Below the pieces are notes generated by a model that was not told the DNA's origin, searched no databases, and saw nothing but the letters and a program-made list of their open reading frames with translations. This document shows, in pieces, positions 33,403-45,221 of a stretch of 64,000 bases of DNA. Position 1 is the stretch's first letter. Every line of letters begins with the position of its first letter. This DNA comes from an uncultured Actinomycetota bacterium. GTDB taxonomy: Bacteria; Actinomycetota; Actinomycetes; Propionibacteriales; Nocardioidaceae. A program made the position numbers and the translations under genes. Where the stretch lies: NCBI GenBank assembly GCA_963772415.1, contig CAVYWU010000007.1:142716-206715 (forward strand). The letters are read 5' to 3'.

Positions 33403-33436
33403 TTGACGCTTCCTGTATTTCTTGTTCTAATACAGG
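33403..33436 (+). promoter_or_regulatory. Promoter with inverted-repeat operator of the GntR gene
   Basis: TTGACG at 33403; CCTGTATT-N9-AATACAGG just before ATG 33440. Confidence 0.6.
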
Positions 33437-33439
33437 TAT

Positions 33440-35283
<1,844 letters not shown>

Positions 35284-35384
35284 GCCCGGATCCATGCTCG
35301 AGCGAGCCGGCCGCGGCGGTCACGATCGGGTCCCGGAGCCGCGTCCCACCCGGTTGCGGGGTCCTGCTCGCGTACCTTTGTCGC

Positions 35385-37022
35385 GTGACCACGAGCCCCC
35401 AGACGCCGGCCGTCCCGCGCGTCGGTGACTACCGGCTCCTCGCCAAGATCGGCGAGGGCGGCATGGGCGTGGTCCACCTGGCCCAGCACCGCGACGGTGA
35501 CCGGGTGGCACTGAAGGTGCTGCGCCCGCACATCATCGGTGACGACGAGGCCAGGGAGCGGCTCGCCCGGGAGGTCGCGTCGCTTCGGCGGGTGACCAGC
35601 CCGCGCATCGCCGAGGTCATCGACGCCGACCCGTGGGGCGAGACGCCCTATGTCGCCACCCGCTACGTGCCGGGCCTCTCGCTGCACCAGCACGTGCGCG
35701 CCGAGGGACCGATCCGTGACGACGACCTGACCTGGTTCGCCGCCGGCCTGGCCGAGGCGGTGATCGCGGTCCACCAGGTCGGTGTCCTGCACCGCGACAT
35801 CAAGCCGTCCAACGTGCTGCTCGAGGGCCGGTCGCCGGTGCTCATCGACTTCGGCCTCGCCCGCCTCGCGGAGGACCCGCGGCTGACCCACACCGGTTGG
35901 CTGCTCGGGACGCCGGGCTACCTCGCCCCGGAGATCCTCTACGGCGACGACGCGACCACCGCCTCCGACGTGCACGCCTGGGCGGCCACCGTCGTCTTCG
36001 CCTCGATCGGGCGGCCGCCGTTCGGCACCGGACCGGCGATGGCGATCATGGACCGGGTCCGCCGCGGCGAGCACGACCTCACCGGGGTGCCCGCGTCGGT
36101 GCTCCCGCTGGTGCTGGCCGGACTGGCTCCAGAGCCGGCTGACCGTCCCACGACCGGGGCGGTCGTCGCCGCCCTGCGCGCATCCGCCCCGGGCTGGGAG
36201 CACCCGGTTCCCGTGCGCGACGACCCGACGATGCCGTGGATGGTGGCCGACCACGGCCCCGCAGCGGGCTCACCGTCCACCCGGAGCAGTCCCACCACCA
36301 AGCCGCTCACCGTGCTCGCGCCACCGGTGGTGCCGCCGGCGCCCGCCCGGGCGCCCTTCATGACGCCGGCGCCGGCGACCGGCACCCGGCCGCCGCTGCT
36401 GCCGCAGGGCGTGCGGCGGCCGCCGCCCCGCGGTGCGGCCCGGCTGCAGCGCATGTTGCTCCTCGGCGGTGGGTTCGGCTCGGCGGCGATCGGCTTCGGT
36501 GTCGCGCCGTACGTCACGTTCTGGACGCTGGCCGCCCTGGCCCTGGTCGTGCGCACCGCCTCGTGGACGACTGAGTCGGCCCGGGAGCGTCAGCACCTGC
36601 GCGGCCGGCGACGCTGGTACGACGCCGCACTCACGCTGCTCTCGACGCCGTGGTACCTCGTGGTCGCCGCCGGCGGCACCGTCCTGCTGCTGTTGTGGGC
36701 CGGCCTGCTCGCCGGACTCGTCGCGATCGCCGCGGCACTGTTCTCGATGCCGCTGGCCGCCGGGTTGGTCACCCTGGGCGTCGTGTTCGTCCTCGGCCTC
36801 TGGAGCGGCCCCGGCTCCAAGCGGCTGCGGCTGCCGGTGCGGCGCAGCACCGTCGCAGTGACCCGCGACCCCTGGATCGGCTGGACGGTGGTGGCAGCCG
36901 TGGCCATCGTGACGGTCGGGCTCGCCTGGCTGCTGCTCGGTGGGCAGACCAGCTGGTCGCCCCAGCCCGGCCCGCCGTGGCGCGGAGGGACCCTGCTCGG
37001 CACGCTGGCGGGCTGGCTCTGA
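35385..37022 (+). CDS. Membrane Ser/Thr protein kinase
   Basis: IGEGGMGVV, VALK, HRDIKPSN, DFG, GTPGYLAPE; C-terminal transmembrane segments. Confidence 0.92.
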   Translation: MTTSPQTPAVPRVGDYRLLAKIGEGGMGVVHLAQHRDGDRVALKVLRPHIIGDDEARERLAREVASLRRVTSPRIAEVIDADPWGETPYVATRYVPGLSLHQHVRAEGPIRDDDLTWFAAGLAEAVIAVHQVGVLHRDIKPSNVLLEGRSPVLIDFGLARLAEDPRLTHTGWLLGTPGYLAPEILYGDDATTASDVHAWAATVVFASIGRPPFGTGPAMAIMDRVRRGEHDLTGVPASVLPLVLAGLAPEPADRPTTGAVVAALRASAPGWEHPVPVRDDPTMPWMVADHGPAAGSPSTRSSPTTKPLTVLAPPVVPPAPARAPFMTPAPATGTRPPLLPQGVRRPPPRGAARLQRMLLLGGGFGSAAIGFGVAPYVTFWTLAALALVVRTASWTTESARERQHLRGRRRWYDAALTLLSTPWYLVVAAGGTVLLLLWAGLLAGLVAIAAALFSMPLAAGLVTLGVVFVLGLWSGPGSKRLRLPVRRSTVAVTRDPWIGWTVVAAVAIVTVGLAWLLLGGQTSWSPQPGPPWRGGTLLGTLAGWL

Positions 37023-37677
37023 GTGGGGGCCGCCGCGATGGACTGGACGCAGTGGCACACCGACTACGACGACCCGGACTCCTCGCTCTCACGGCGGCGC
37101 CGCTCGGTGCAGGCCGGTCTGAGGGCGTGGCTCGACCAGGCGCCTGCCGGGCCGCTCCGGGTGGTCAGTGCGTGCAGTGGTGACGGTCGTGACCTGCTGG
37201 AGGTGCTGGCCGGTCACCCGGCCGCGCCGCGCGTGCGTGCCCGGCTGCTGGAGACCGACCCTGGCCTGGCCGCCCGTGCAGAGGGGGTGGCGCGCGACCT
37301 CGGCCTCGACGGGGTCGAGGTGGTCCGCGACGACGCCGGCCGGACAGCGAGCTATGCCGGCGCGGTGCCGGCCGACCTGGTGATGTGGTGCGGCGTCTTC
37401 GGCAACCTCAGCGACGACGACGTCCGCGCGACGGTGGAGGTCAGCCGCCAGCTCGCCGCACCGGGCGCCTGGGTCGTGTGGACACGCGGAGCGTTCGCCG
37501 ACCGCGATCCGGTGGAGCCGACCGACGCGATCCGGGCGTGGTTCAGCGCGGCGGAGTTCGACCTCGTCTCGCTCGACAAGCCCGCCGACTCGCCGTACCG
37601 CGTCGGCGTCCACCGCTTCACCGGGCGCGACCGATCCGCTCGACCTCGACAGGACGTTCTTCACGTTCCTGCGCTGA
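37023..37677 (+). CDS. SAM-dependent methyltransferase-like protein (frameshift near the 3' end)
   Basis: DWTQWH..DSSLSRRR..SACSGDGRDL..CGVFGNL; likely end TFFTFLR*. Confidence 0.75.
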
Positions 37678-37697
37678 CTCCGCTGTCGACGAGCTGT

Positions 37698-39839
37698 CTA
37701 CCGCGAGAGGCGGAGCGCGACCGCGGCCACGTCGTCGTCGCGACCGTCGTCCCGCACCTCGTCGACCAGTCGGCCCAGCGAGGCGGAGAGATCCTCGCCG
37801 TTCAGGGTGGCGACCCGGTCACGCAACCGACGCTGACCCTCGTCCAGGCTCTCCTCGCGCCGCTCGACCAGACCGTCGCTGAACATCAGCAACGTGTCGC
37901 CGGCCACGAACGGGACGGTGAGGACCGTCCGTGAGCCGCCCCCGGCACCGAGCAGGAGCGTCTCGTCGGTGGCCACCTCGCTGGAGGTCTCGTCGGCATG
38001 CACGACGAGCGGCGGCAAGTGACCGGCGTTGACGACGTGCAGCTCTTCACGTACCGGGTCGGCGATGCCGTAGGCCACCGTGACCAGCCGCTGGAGGTCG
38101 TACTGCGCGAACAGCTTGTCCAGGCTCGTCATCACGAAGCCCGGCTCGGGGTCCACCGCGATCAGAGTGCGGATCGCCGATCGCATCTGCGCCATCGCCG
38201 AGGCGGCACCCACGCCACGACCCATCACGTCGCCCACGAAGACAACCACCCGGTCGTCGGCCAGGGGCACCACGTCGTAGAAGTCACCGCCGACCTCGGT
38301 CCGGCCGGCCGGCAGGTAGCGGACCGCGACCTCCCACCCGGGCATGTCGGGTACCGCGTCGGGGAGGACTGCGCGTTGGAGGCGGATCGCCACGTCCCGG
38401 ATCTGTGAGTGGAGCACCGAGTTGTCGATCGCGACCGCGGCACGGCGCGCCAGGTCCTCACCGAAGGCCAGGTCCTCCGGACCGAAGCGCCTTCCCTGCT
38501 CGCCGGTCACCCAGGTGACCACGCCGAGGACCTCGTCCCGCACGACCAGCGGCACGGTCAGTGCGCTGCGGAAGCTCAGGTCGCGCAGCACCTGCAGGTG
38601 ACCGTCGTCGTGGGCCGCGGCGACGAGCATGTCGTCGGTGATGTCCGGCGTCAGCTCGCTGACGCCGCTGCGCAGCACCTGATAGGCGCCGCGGCGCGCG
38701 TCGGGGTCGGGCGGGTACTTCTCCTGGAGGTCCCTGACCCGGGAGGCAAGGACGCCGTCGGGGTGGGCCATCGCGAGCGGCCGGAGCACACCGTCCTGCA
38801 CCAGCTGGATCACGCACCAGTCCGCGAAGTGCGGGACCGCCAGGTGCGCGACCGCCTTGAGGGTCACTGCGTAGTCGAGGCTGCTGGCCAGCTCGACGCT
38901 GGCGTCCGCCAGGAACTGCAGCTTGGCCTCACGGTCAGCGACGTCGTCCCTCGCCCTGATCCGCTCGACGGACTGGGCACAGGTGTCGGCCAGCACCCGG
39001 AAGAACTCGAGCTCGGCGGGGTCGAAGTCGCGGACACCGGGGAAGGACAAGGTGACGACGCCGATCGAGCGGCCGGCGACCTGCAGTGGCAGGCAGAGCA
39101 ACGCCCGTTCGCCGTCGGTGGCCATCTCGACGTCGGGGTAGCGCGCGAGGAAGTCCTCGCGGCCGGAGATCAGCAACGGGTGCCCCGCCCGGAGGGCGTC
39201 CCCGGCCGGGGTGGCATCGGCGACGGGGAAGGTCGCCCAGTCAGCGGACGCCCCCGGACGTCCGCCGCGAAGACCCGCGAGGGCGAGGGTGTGCTCGTCG
39301 ACGAGCAGCGACACGGACGCGATCGTCGCTCCGGCCGCGTCGGCGAGGTGATGGACCACCACGTCCGCCACCCCGTCCACCGTGTCGGCGGCGAGCAGGT
39401 CTGTGGTCACGGCGGCCAGACGCTGGAGACGTGAGGCAACCCCCGCGTCACGCCAACCACCCTGTGCCGAGGCGGAGTCGAGCAGGATCACCGCGCCGGT
39501 CACCTGCGCCTGCGTCCAGGCCGGTGACCAGCTCGAGTGCGCAGGTCGGGCTAGTCCGCCGACCCCGAGCATGTCGACCAACCCGGTCCACGTCTCCCCG
39601 GAGAGCACCCGGGCCAGGATCTCCGCGATGGTGTCGCCCGAGGGCTCCGGGAACAGCAGACCGACGATGTTGTCCCCGAGGCAGCTGGCGACGTCCCTGC
39701 CGAGCCGGGAGGCAGCGGCGTCGTTGCAGTCGAGCACCTGGCCCCGGGGGTCGACGACGACCGCGCCTATGGTCAGGCCCGCGAGCAACTGGGCGTCGGG
39801 CCGCCATCCGGCTCGAGGCGGAGGGTCGCGGTCGGCCAT
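37698..39839 (-). CDS. PAS-GAF-GAF-SpoIIE (PP2C) phosphatase
   Basis: VGGDFYD, GDVMGRG, NAGHLPP, FSDGLVE, DDDVA. Confidence 0.92.
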   Translation of the reverse strand: MADRDPPPRAGWRPDAQLLAGLTIGAVVVDPRGQVLDCNDAAASRLGRDVASCLGDNIVGLLFPEPSGDTIAEILARVLSGETWTGLVDMLGVGGLARPAHSSWSPAWTQAQVTGAVILLDSASAQGGWRDAGVASRLQRLAAVTTDLLAADTVDGVADVVVHHLADAAGATIASVSLLVDEHTLALAGLRGGRPGASADWATFPVADATPAGDALRAGHPLLISGREDFLARYPDVEMATDGERALLCLPLQVAGRSIGVVTLSFPGVRDFDPAELEFFRVLADTCAQSVERIRARDDVADREAKLQFLADASVELASSLDYAVTLKAVAHLAVPHFADWCVIQLVQDGVLRPLAMAHPDGVLASRVRDLQEKYPPDPDARRGAYQVLRSGVSELTPDITDDMLVAAAHDDGHLQVLRDLSFRSALTVPLVVRDEVLGVVTWVTGEQGRRFGPEDLAFGEDLARRAAVAIDNSVLHSQIRDVAIRLQRAVLPDAVPDMPGWEVAVRYLPAGRTEVGGDFYDVVPLADDRVVVFVGDVMGRGVGAASAMAQMRSAIRTLIAVDPEPGFVMTSLDKLFAQYDLQRLVTVAYGIADPVREELHVVNAGHLPPLVVHADETSSEVATDETLLLGAGGGSRTVLTVPFVAGDTLLMFSDGLVERREESLDEGQRRLRDRVATLNGEDLSASLGRLVDEVRDDGRDDDVAAVALRLSR

Positions 39840-39959
39840 GGGTCCACTGTCCCACGGTGCAGGCCGGACCGGCGCGGTTGCGGGCAAAGGGTGCAGGTCA
39901 ACGGCCGGATCCTGGGACAACGGTTCCCTGGACCGGACACCGGTGGCACACTCGGGGGC

Positions 39960-39986
39960 GTGCAGCACCAGGTCATTATCAGCTAG
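39960..39986 (+). CDS. cimA leader peptide MQHQVIIS
   Basis: GTG start 7 nt after CACACT; GTC-ATT-ATC codons. Confidence 0.65.
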   Translation: MQHQVIIS

Positions 39987-40013
39987 CGCGTCCGGCACCC
40001 GCCGTACGCGCTG

Positions 40014-40042
40014 ACCTCTCGTCCCCGACGGGAGGTTTTTTT
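40014..40042 (+). terminator. cimA attenuator terminator
   Basis: ACCTCTCGTC-CCC-GACGGGAGGT plus T-run. Confidence 0.82.
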
Positions 40043-40149
40043 GCGCCCCACGACCGAGCCTGCGAGGTCGTTCAGGGGGAGCGCAAGAGGCCGAACGCCG
40101 AAGCCGACCAGCACCACCCCGCCCCGACCGCTCGACCCGAGGACAGCAG

Positions 40150-41749
40150 ATGACAACGGACGCCTTCCACGTCTACGACACGACGCTGCGCGACGGCGCC
40201 CAGCAGGAGGGCCTGAACCTCTCGGTCGCCGACAAGCTCACCATCGCCCGCCAGCTCGACGGCCTGGGCGTCGGGTACATCGAGGGCGGCTGGCCGGGCT
40301 CGAACCCCAAGGACACCGAGTTCTTCCGGCGTGCCCGCGACGGAGCTGGTCGTTGTCGCACGCCTCGTCTCGCGGCCTTCGGCGCCACCCGTCGCGCCGG
40401 TGTGAAGGCCGCCGACGACCCGCTGGTCGCGGCCCTGCGCGACTCGGGCGCGGGCGTGGTCACCCTGGTGGCGAAGTCCCACGACCGGCACGTCGAGCTG
40501 GCACTGCGCACCACGCTCGAGGAGAACCTCGCGATGGTCCACGACACCGTCGCCACCTCCGCGCGGAGGGGCAGCGGGTCTTCCTCGACGCCGAGCACTT
40601 CTTCGACGGGTACCGCGCCAACCGCGACTACGCGCTCGAGGTGCTGCGCGACGGCGTACGACGCCGGGCGCCGAGGTCGTCGCGCTCTGCGACACCAACG
40701 GCGGGATGCTGCCGCCCTGGGTGGCCGACGTGGTCCACGACGTCATCGAGTCCACCGGGGCCGGGTCGGCATCCACTGCCACAACGACACCGGGTGCGCG
40801 GTCGCCAACTCGCTCGCGGCGGTCGACGCGGGCGCGTCCCACGTCCAGGGCACCCTGAACGGCTACGGCGAGCGCACCGGCAACGCTGACCTGGTCTCGG
40901 TGGTTGCCAACCTCGAGCTGAAGCTGGGCCGGCAGGTGCTGCCGGCCGGGCTGCTCAGGGAGGCCACCCGGATCGCGCACGCCGTCGCCGACGTGACGAA
41001 CTTCCCGCCGGCCTCCCGCCAGCCCTACGTCGGCGTCAGCGCCTTCGCGCACAAGGCCGGTCTGCACGCGAGCGCGATCAAGGTCGACCCGAGCCTCTAC
41101 CAGCACCTCGACCCGGTCCAGTCGGCAACGACATGCGGCTGCTGGTCTCGGACATGGCGGGACGGGCCTCGATCGAGCTGAAGGGACGTGAGCTCGGCTT
41201 CGACCTCGCGGCGGAGGACCGTGACCTGGTCGCCCGGGTCACCGAGCGGGTCAAGGACGCTGGAGTCGCGGGGCTACACGTTCGAGGCGGCCGACGCATC
41301 CTTCGAGCTGCTGCTGGTCGAGGAGGTCGAGGGCGCCGCGGCCGTCGTACTTCGGCGTGGAGTCCTGGCGGGTGATCACCGACTCGAGGCCCGGCGGCGA
41401 GGCGGTCTCCGAGGCGACCGTCAAGCTGCACGCGGGTGGCGCCCGGATCATCACCACCGGTGAGGGCAACGGCCCGGTCAACGCGCTCGACCACGCGCTG
41501 CGCGAGGCGATCGGACAGGCCTACCCTGAGGTCGCGAAGTTCGAGCTGATCGACTACAAGGTGCGGATCCTCGACCAGGGGCACGGCACCGACGCGGTGA
41601 CCCGGGTGCTCATCGAGACCACCGACGGCGTGTCGTCGTGGGTGACGGTGGGGGTCGGCCACAACGTCATCGAGGCGTCCTGGGGCGCCCTCGTCGACGG
41701 CGTCACGTTCGGCCTGCGCCGGCAGGGCGAGAAGCCGCTGATCGAGTGA
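40150..41749 (+). CDS. cimA: Citramalate synthase, frameshifted
   Basis: [51 protein letters not shown]. Confidence 0.9.
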
Positions 41750-42655
41750 CCCACGCCGTGGTCGGGGCCAGGCGAGCTCACGACCGGACCGCGCTGCGCG
41801 GGCGCCGCAGTACGCCGCCGCGAGGTCTCATCCCTCGAGCTGGTCGAGCACGTACCTCGACCGGATCACCGGCTCTCCGACGACGTCGGCGCCTTCGTCA
41901 CGGTCACCGGCGCCTGGCCCGTCACCAGGCCCGGCTGCCCGGGCCGGATCGCCAGGGCGGGCCGCTGTTCGGCGTACCGACCGTCGTGCAGGCCGGTGCA
42001 ACCTCACCGCCGGCGTCCGCACCACCGTCGGCTGGCGGTGATGGCCGACCTCGAGCCCGGAGGTGTCGACGAGGTGGTCGGCGGCTGGAGGCAGCCGGCA
42101 CCATCAGCCTCGGCAAGACCAACACGCCGGAGTTCGGCTCGCCCTGCTCACCGGCCCGACGTCGCACCGCCGGCGCGCACCCCTGGGACCGACCCGGAGG
42201 CCGGCGGTCCACGACGGCCAGCGCGCGACGGTGCCGCGGGACTGGTCCCGGTGGCGGCAGGCGACGGCGGTGGCTCGATCCGATCCCGCCAGCTGCTGCG
42301 GGCTGGTCGGCTTCAAGCCGAGTCGCGGGCGGATCAGCGGCAGCCCGATGTACGGCGACCCGGTGGGCCTGCCACGGATGGTCCGCTCGCCGCACGGTCC
42401 GCGATGCCGCCGCGCTGCTCGACGTGATGGCCGGTCCGGCCGTCGGCGCCCGACGTGGGCGGCGCCACTGCCCAGCGAGCTACCTCGGCTGGTGCGACCG
42501 CGAGCCCGGCCGGTTGCGGGTGCCGCTTGCCGTACCCGGTCATCACCGACGTCCGGTGCATCCCGAGGTGATGGTGGCCTACGACCGCGAGTCGGCTCCT
42601 GGAGTCGCTGGGCCACGGGTCGAGGACGCGAGGTGCCGCTGCCGCCGGATGCCAC
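41746..42655 (+). pseudogene. Amidase-signature enzyme, degraded and truncated
   Basis: GPLFGVPT, SLGKTNTPEFGSPC, DGGGSIR, PASCCGLVGFKPSRGR; no C-terminal part. Confidence 0.7.
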
Positions 42656-42880
42656 CCCGTCCGCTGCGGCCAGCCCGAAGGCGGAGCCGCCGCACAGCAC
42701 CATCGCGTGCACCCGCTCGACGAGCCGTCCCGGTTGACGCAGGTCGGTCTCGCGGGTGCCGGGTGCGGCGCCGCGCACGTCCCCGGACGCGACGGCGCCC
42801 TCGGGTGGCGGCAGCACGACCGTGCAGCCGGCAGCCCGACCGGGTCCGACCAGTGACCGACCCGGATCCCGGGGACGTCG
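42655..42880 (-). pseudogene. Peptidase S58 (DmpA/P1) N-terminal fragment
   Basis: DVPGIRVGHW..GCTVVL..DVRGAAPGTRETDL..VLCGGSAFGLAAADGV. Confidence 0.75.
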
Positions 42881-43247
42881 GGTGGCCGACGCCCGGGCCG
42901 CGATCGACTGGTACGTCGAGCACCTCGGCGCCACCGTCACCTTCGCGCCGATGGAGATGCCCGACGGCCGGATCGGGCACAGCGAGCTGTGCATCTCCAC
43001 GACGCTGGGAGAGGGGCGCTGGATGATGTCCGACGCGCACCCGGAGATCCAGGTCGAGGCGCCTCTGGCCGGACGCGGTGCCGCGGTGACGCTGCACCTC
43101 GAGGTCGACGACGTCGACGGCCTGGCCACCCGAGCCGTGGCCGGCGGCGCGACCCTCGACCGCGGACCCGAGGACGCCGGACCCGGCCGGGTGGCGGTGC
43201 TGCGCGATCCGTTCGGCCACCGCTGGTTCCTCAACCACCCCGCCTGA
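42880..43247 (+). CDS. VOC/glyoxalase (PhnB-like) protein, N-terminus apparently missing
   Basis: VADARAAIDWY..DGRIGHSEL..LRDPFGHRW. Confidence 0.7.
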
Positions 43248-43253
43248 CGGGGA

Positions 43254-44130
43254 TCAGACCGCGAGCAGGCGCGGCACTCCTCGACCATCCGCTGCCGCAG
43301 GAGGCGCCCCCCGCTCGGCGAAGGTCGCGCTGCGCGGCGGCGTACTCCTGCTTGCCGGCCGGGGTCTCCACGCGAACGGGCGAGTGCCCCAGCGCGGAGA
43401 GGTCGTACGGCGACGCGCGCATGTCGAGCACCCGGATGTCGCGCGCCAGCGCGAAGCAGTCGGCCACCAGGTCCGAGGCCACCATCGGGCTGAGCCGGTA
43501 GGCGTGCTTGTAGAGGTCCATGCCGGCGTGCAGGCAGCCGGGCTGCTCGAAGTCGGGGCGGTCCTGCGACGTCGGCCGGAGGGTGTTGCGCGGCCGGGCC
43601 TCGTCGGTGAAGAAGCGGAACGCGTCGAAGTGGGAGCAGGCGATCCGGTGGGACTCGACCACCTCGTCGGTGCCACCGGTGCCGAGCCGGAGCGGCCACG
43701 CGGCGTGCCGGACGTCGTCCTGCCCGAGGCCGTAGACCATCGCCCACTCGTGCATCCCGAAGCAGCCGAGCTGGGCCGGGCGCCCCGCGGTGGCGACCAG
43801 CAGCCGGTGCAGCGTGCGCAGCAGCACCTGGTGAGACGTCGACGTGCTCCGGGGTGACGCCGACCCCGTCGGCCGGCGGACGCGGCCGTAGCCCTTCAGT
43901 GACAGATAGTCCGCGGCGCCGGGGCCGTCGAGGACGACGCCGTAGCCGGGGTGCCAGCGCCGCAGCGCAGCGGGACGCTGGGAGTAGTAGGTGAAGAGGA
44001 AGTCCTCGACGGGGTGGGGGATGCCCTGCCGGCGACGCTCGAGGTGCGGGCCGACCCAGGCGTCCACGCGCGCCTCGTGAGCGGCGCGTCGCTGCCGCCA
44101 GCCGGCGGCGCCGAGGATCTCCACGAGCAC
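43254..44130 (-). CDS. Conserved actinobacterial protein often labelled 3-methyladenine DNA glycosylase, frameshifted
   Basis: HPVEDFLFTYYS, CFGMHEWAMVY, CSHFDAFRFF, EQPGCLHA, DMRASPYD. Confidence 0.8.
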
Positions 44131-44150
44131 CCAGCCTAGGTCGAGCAGAG

Positions 44151-44285
44151 GAGACGCGGGCTTGGGGAGTGAGACGCGGGCTCGGGGAGTTGAGACGCGG
44201 GCTTGGGGAGTTGAGAGGCGCGGGCTCGGGGAGTCGAGACGCGGGCTCGGGGAGTCGAGGCGCGGGCTCGGGGAGTTGAGACGCC
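44151..44285 (+). repeat. About 6.5 tandem copies of a ~21-bp G-rich unit
   Basis: GAGACGCGGGCTYGGGGAGTY at 44151, 44171, 44192, 44213, 44236, 44257, 44278. Confidence 0.9.
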
Positions 44286-44300
44286 CGGGCGGGGGCCCAA

Positions 44301-44384
44301 ACGTGCGTTTCGGCTTCCCGCACGCGCCACTCAACCTCCCGGAGGCGCGCTTCAACTCCCCGCAGGCACGTTTCGACCTCGTGA
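44301..44384 (+). repeat. About 4 degenerate 21-bp C-rich units
   Basis: For example AGGCGCGCTTCAACTCCCCGC; TCAACTCCCC is complementary to GGGGAGTTGA of the preceding array. Confidence 0.55.
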
Positions 44385-44418
44385 CGGTCGGTCGGGTGTG
44401 CGCCGGTAGGCTCGCCGG

Positions 44419-45221
44419 GTGCGTATTGCAAGGTTCACGACCGGAGAAGACCCTCAGTACGGCGTGGTCACGGGAGATGTCGACGAGCTCGGCATCCCGG
44501 CTGACGACGCCGTCGTCGTCGCTCTCGCGGGCGACCCCCTCTACGTCGGGGTCCAGCTCACCGACCAGGAGATCCCGCTCTCGCAGGTGCGCCTGCTGGC
44601 GCCGGTGCTGCCGCGCAGCAAGGTGGTGGGGATCGGCCGCAACTACGCCGCCCACGCCGCGGAGCTCGGGCACGAGGTCCCTGACGAGCCGATGATGTTC
44701 ATCAAGCCGAACACGTCGGTGGTCGGCCCGGGTGACCCGGTGTTCTACCCCTCGCAGTCCTCGGAGGTGCACTTCGAGGGTGAGCTGTGCGTGGTCATCG
44801 GCCGGATCTGCCGCGACGTGGCGCCTGACCGGGCGTTCCCGACGTCGTCTACGGCTACACCGTCGGCAACGACGTGACCGCGCGCGACCTCCAGCGCAAG
44901 GACAAGCAGTTCACCCGCGCCAAGGGCTTCGACTCGTTCTGCCCGCTCGGTCCCTGGATCGAGACCGAGCTCGACCCCTCCGACCTGCGGGTGACCACGC
45001 ACCTCAACGGCGACCTCCAGCAGGACGGCACCACCAAGGACCTGATCTTCGACGTACCGTCCCTGGTGTCCTACGTGTCCTCGGTGATGACGCTGCTCCC
45101 CGGTGACGTGATCATGACCGGCACCCCCGAGGGAGTCGGCCCGATGCAGGTGGGCGACGAGGTCGAGGTCACCGTGGCCGGCATCGGCTCCCTGACCAAC
45201 AAGGTGGTCAAGCGTGACTGA
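44419..45221 (+). CDS. Fumarylacetoacetate hydrolase-family protein, frameshifted
   Basis: [41 protein letters not shown]. Confidence 0.9.

Noticed and set aside
44151-44285. CRISPR-like repeats or a repeat protein (LNSPSPR)
   Set aside because: The units are contiguous without spacers, the frame is broken by 20- and 23-nt units, and the location is intergenic
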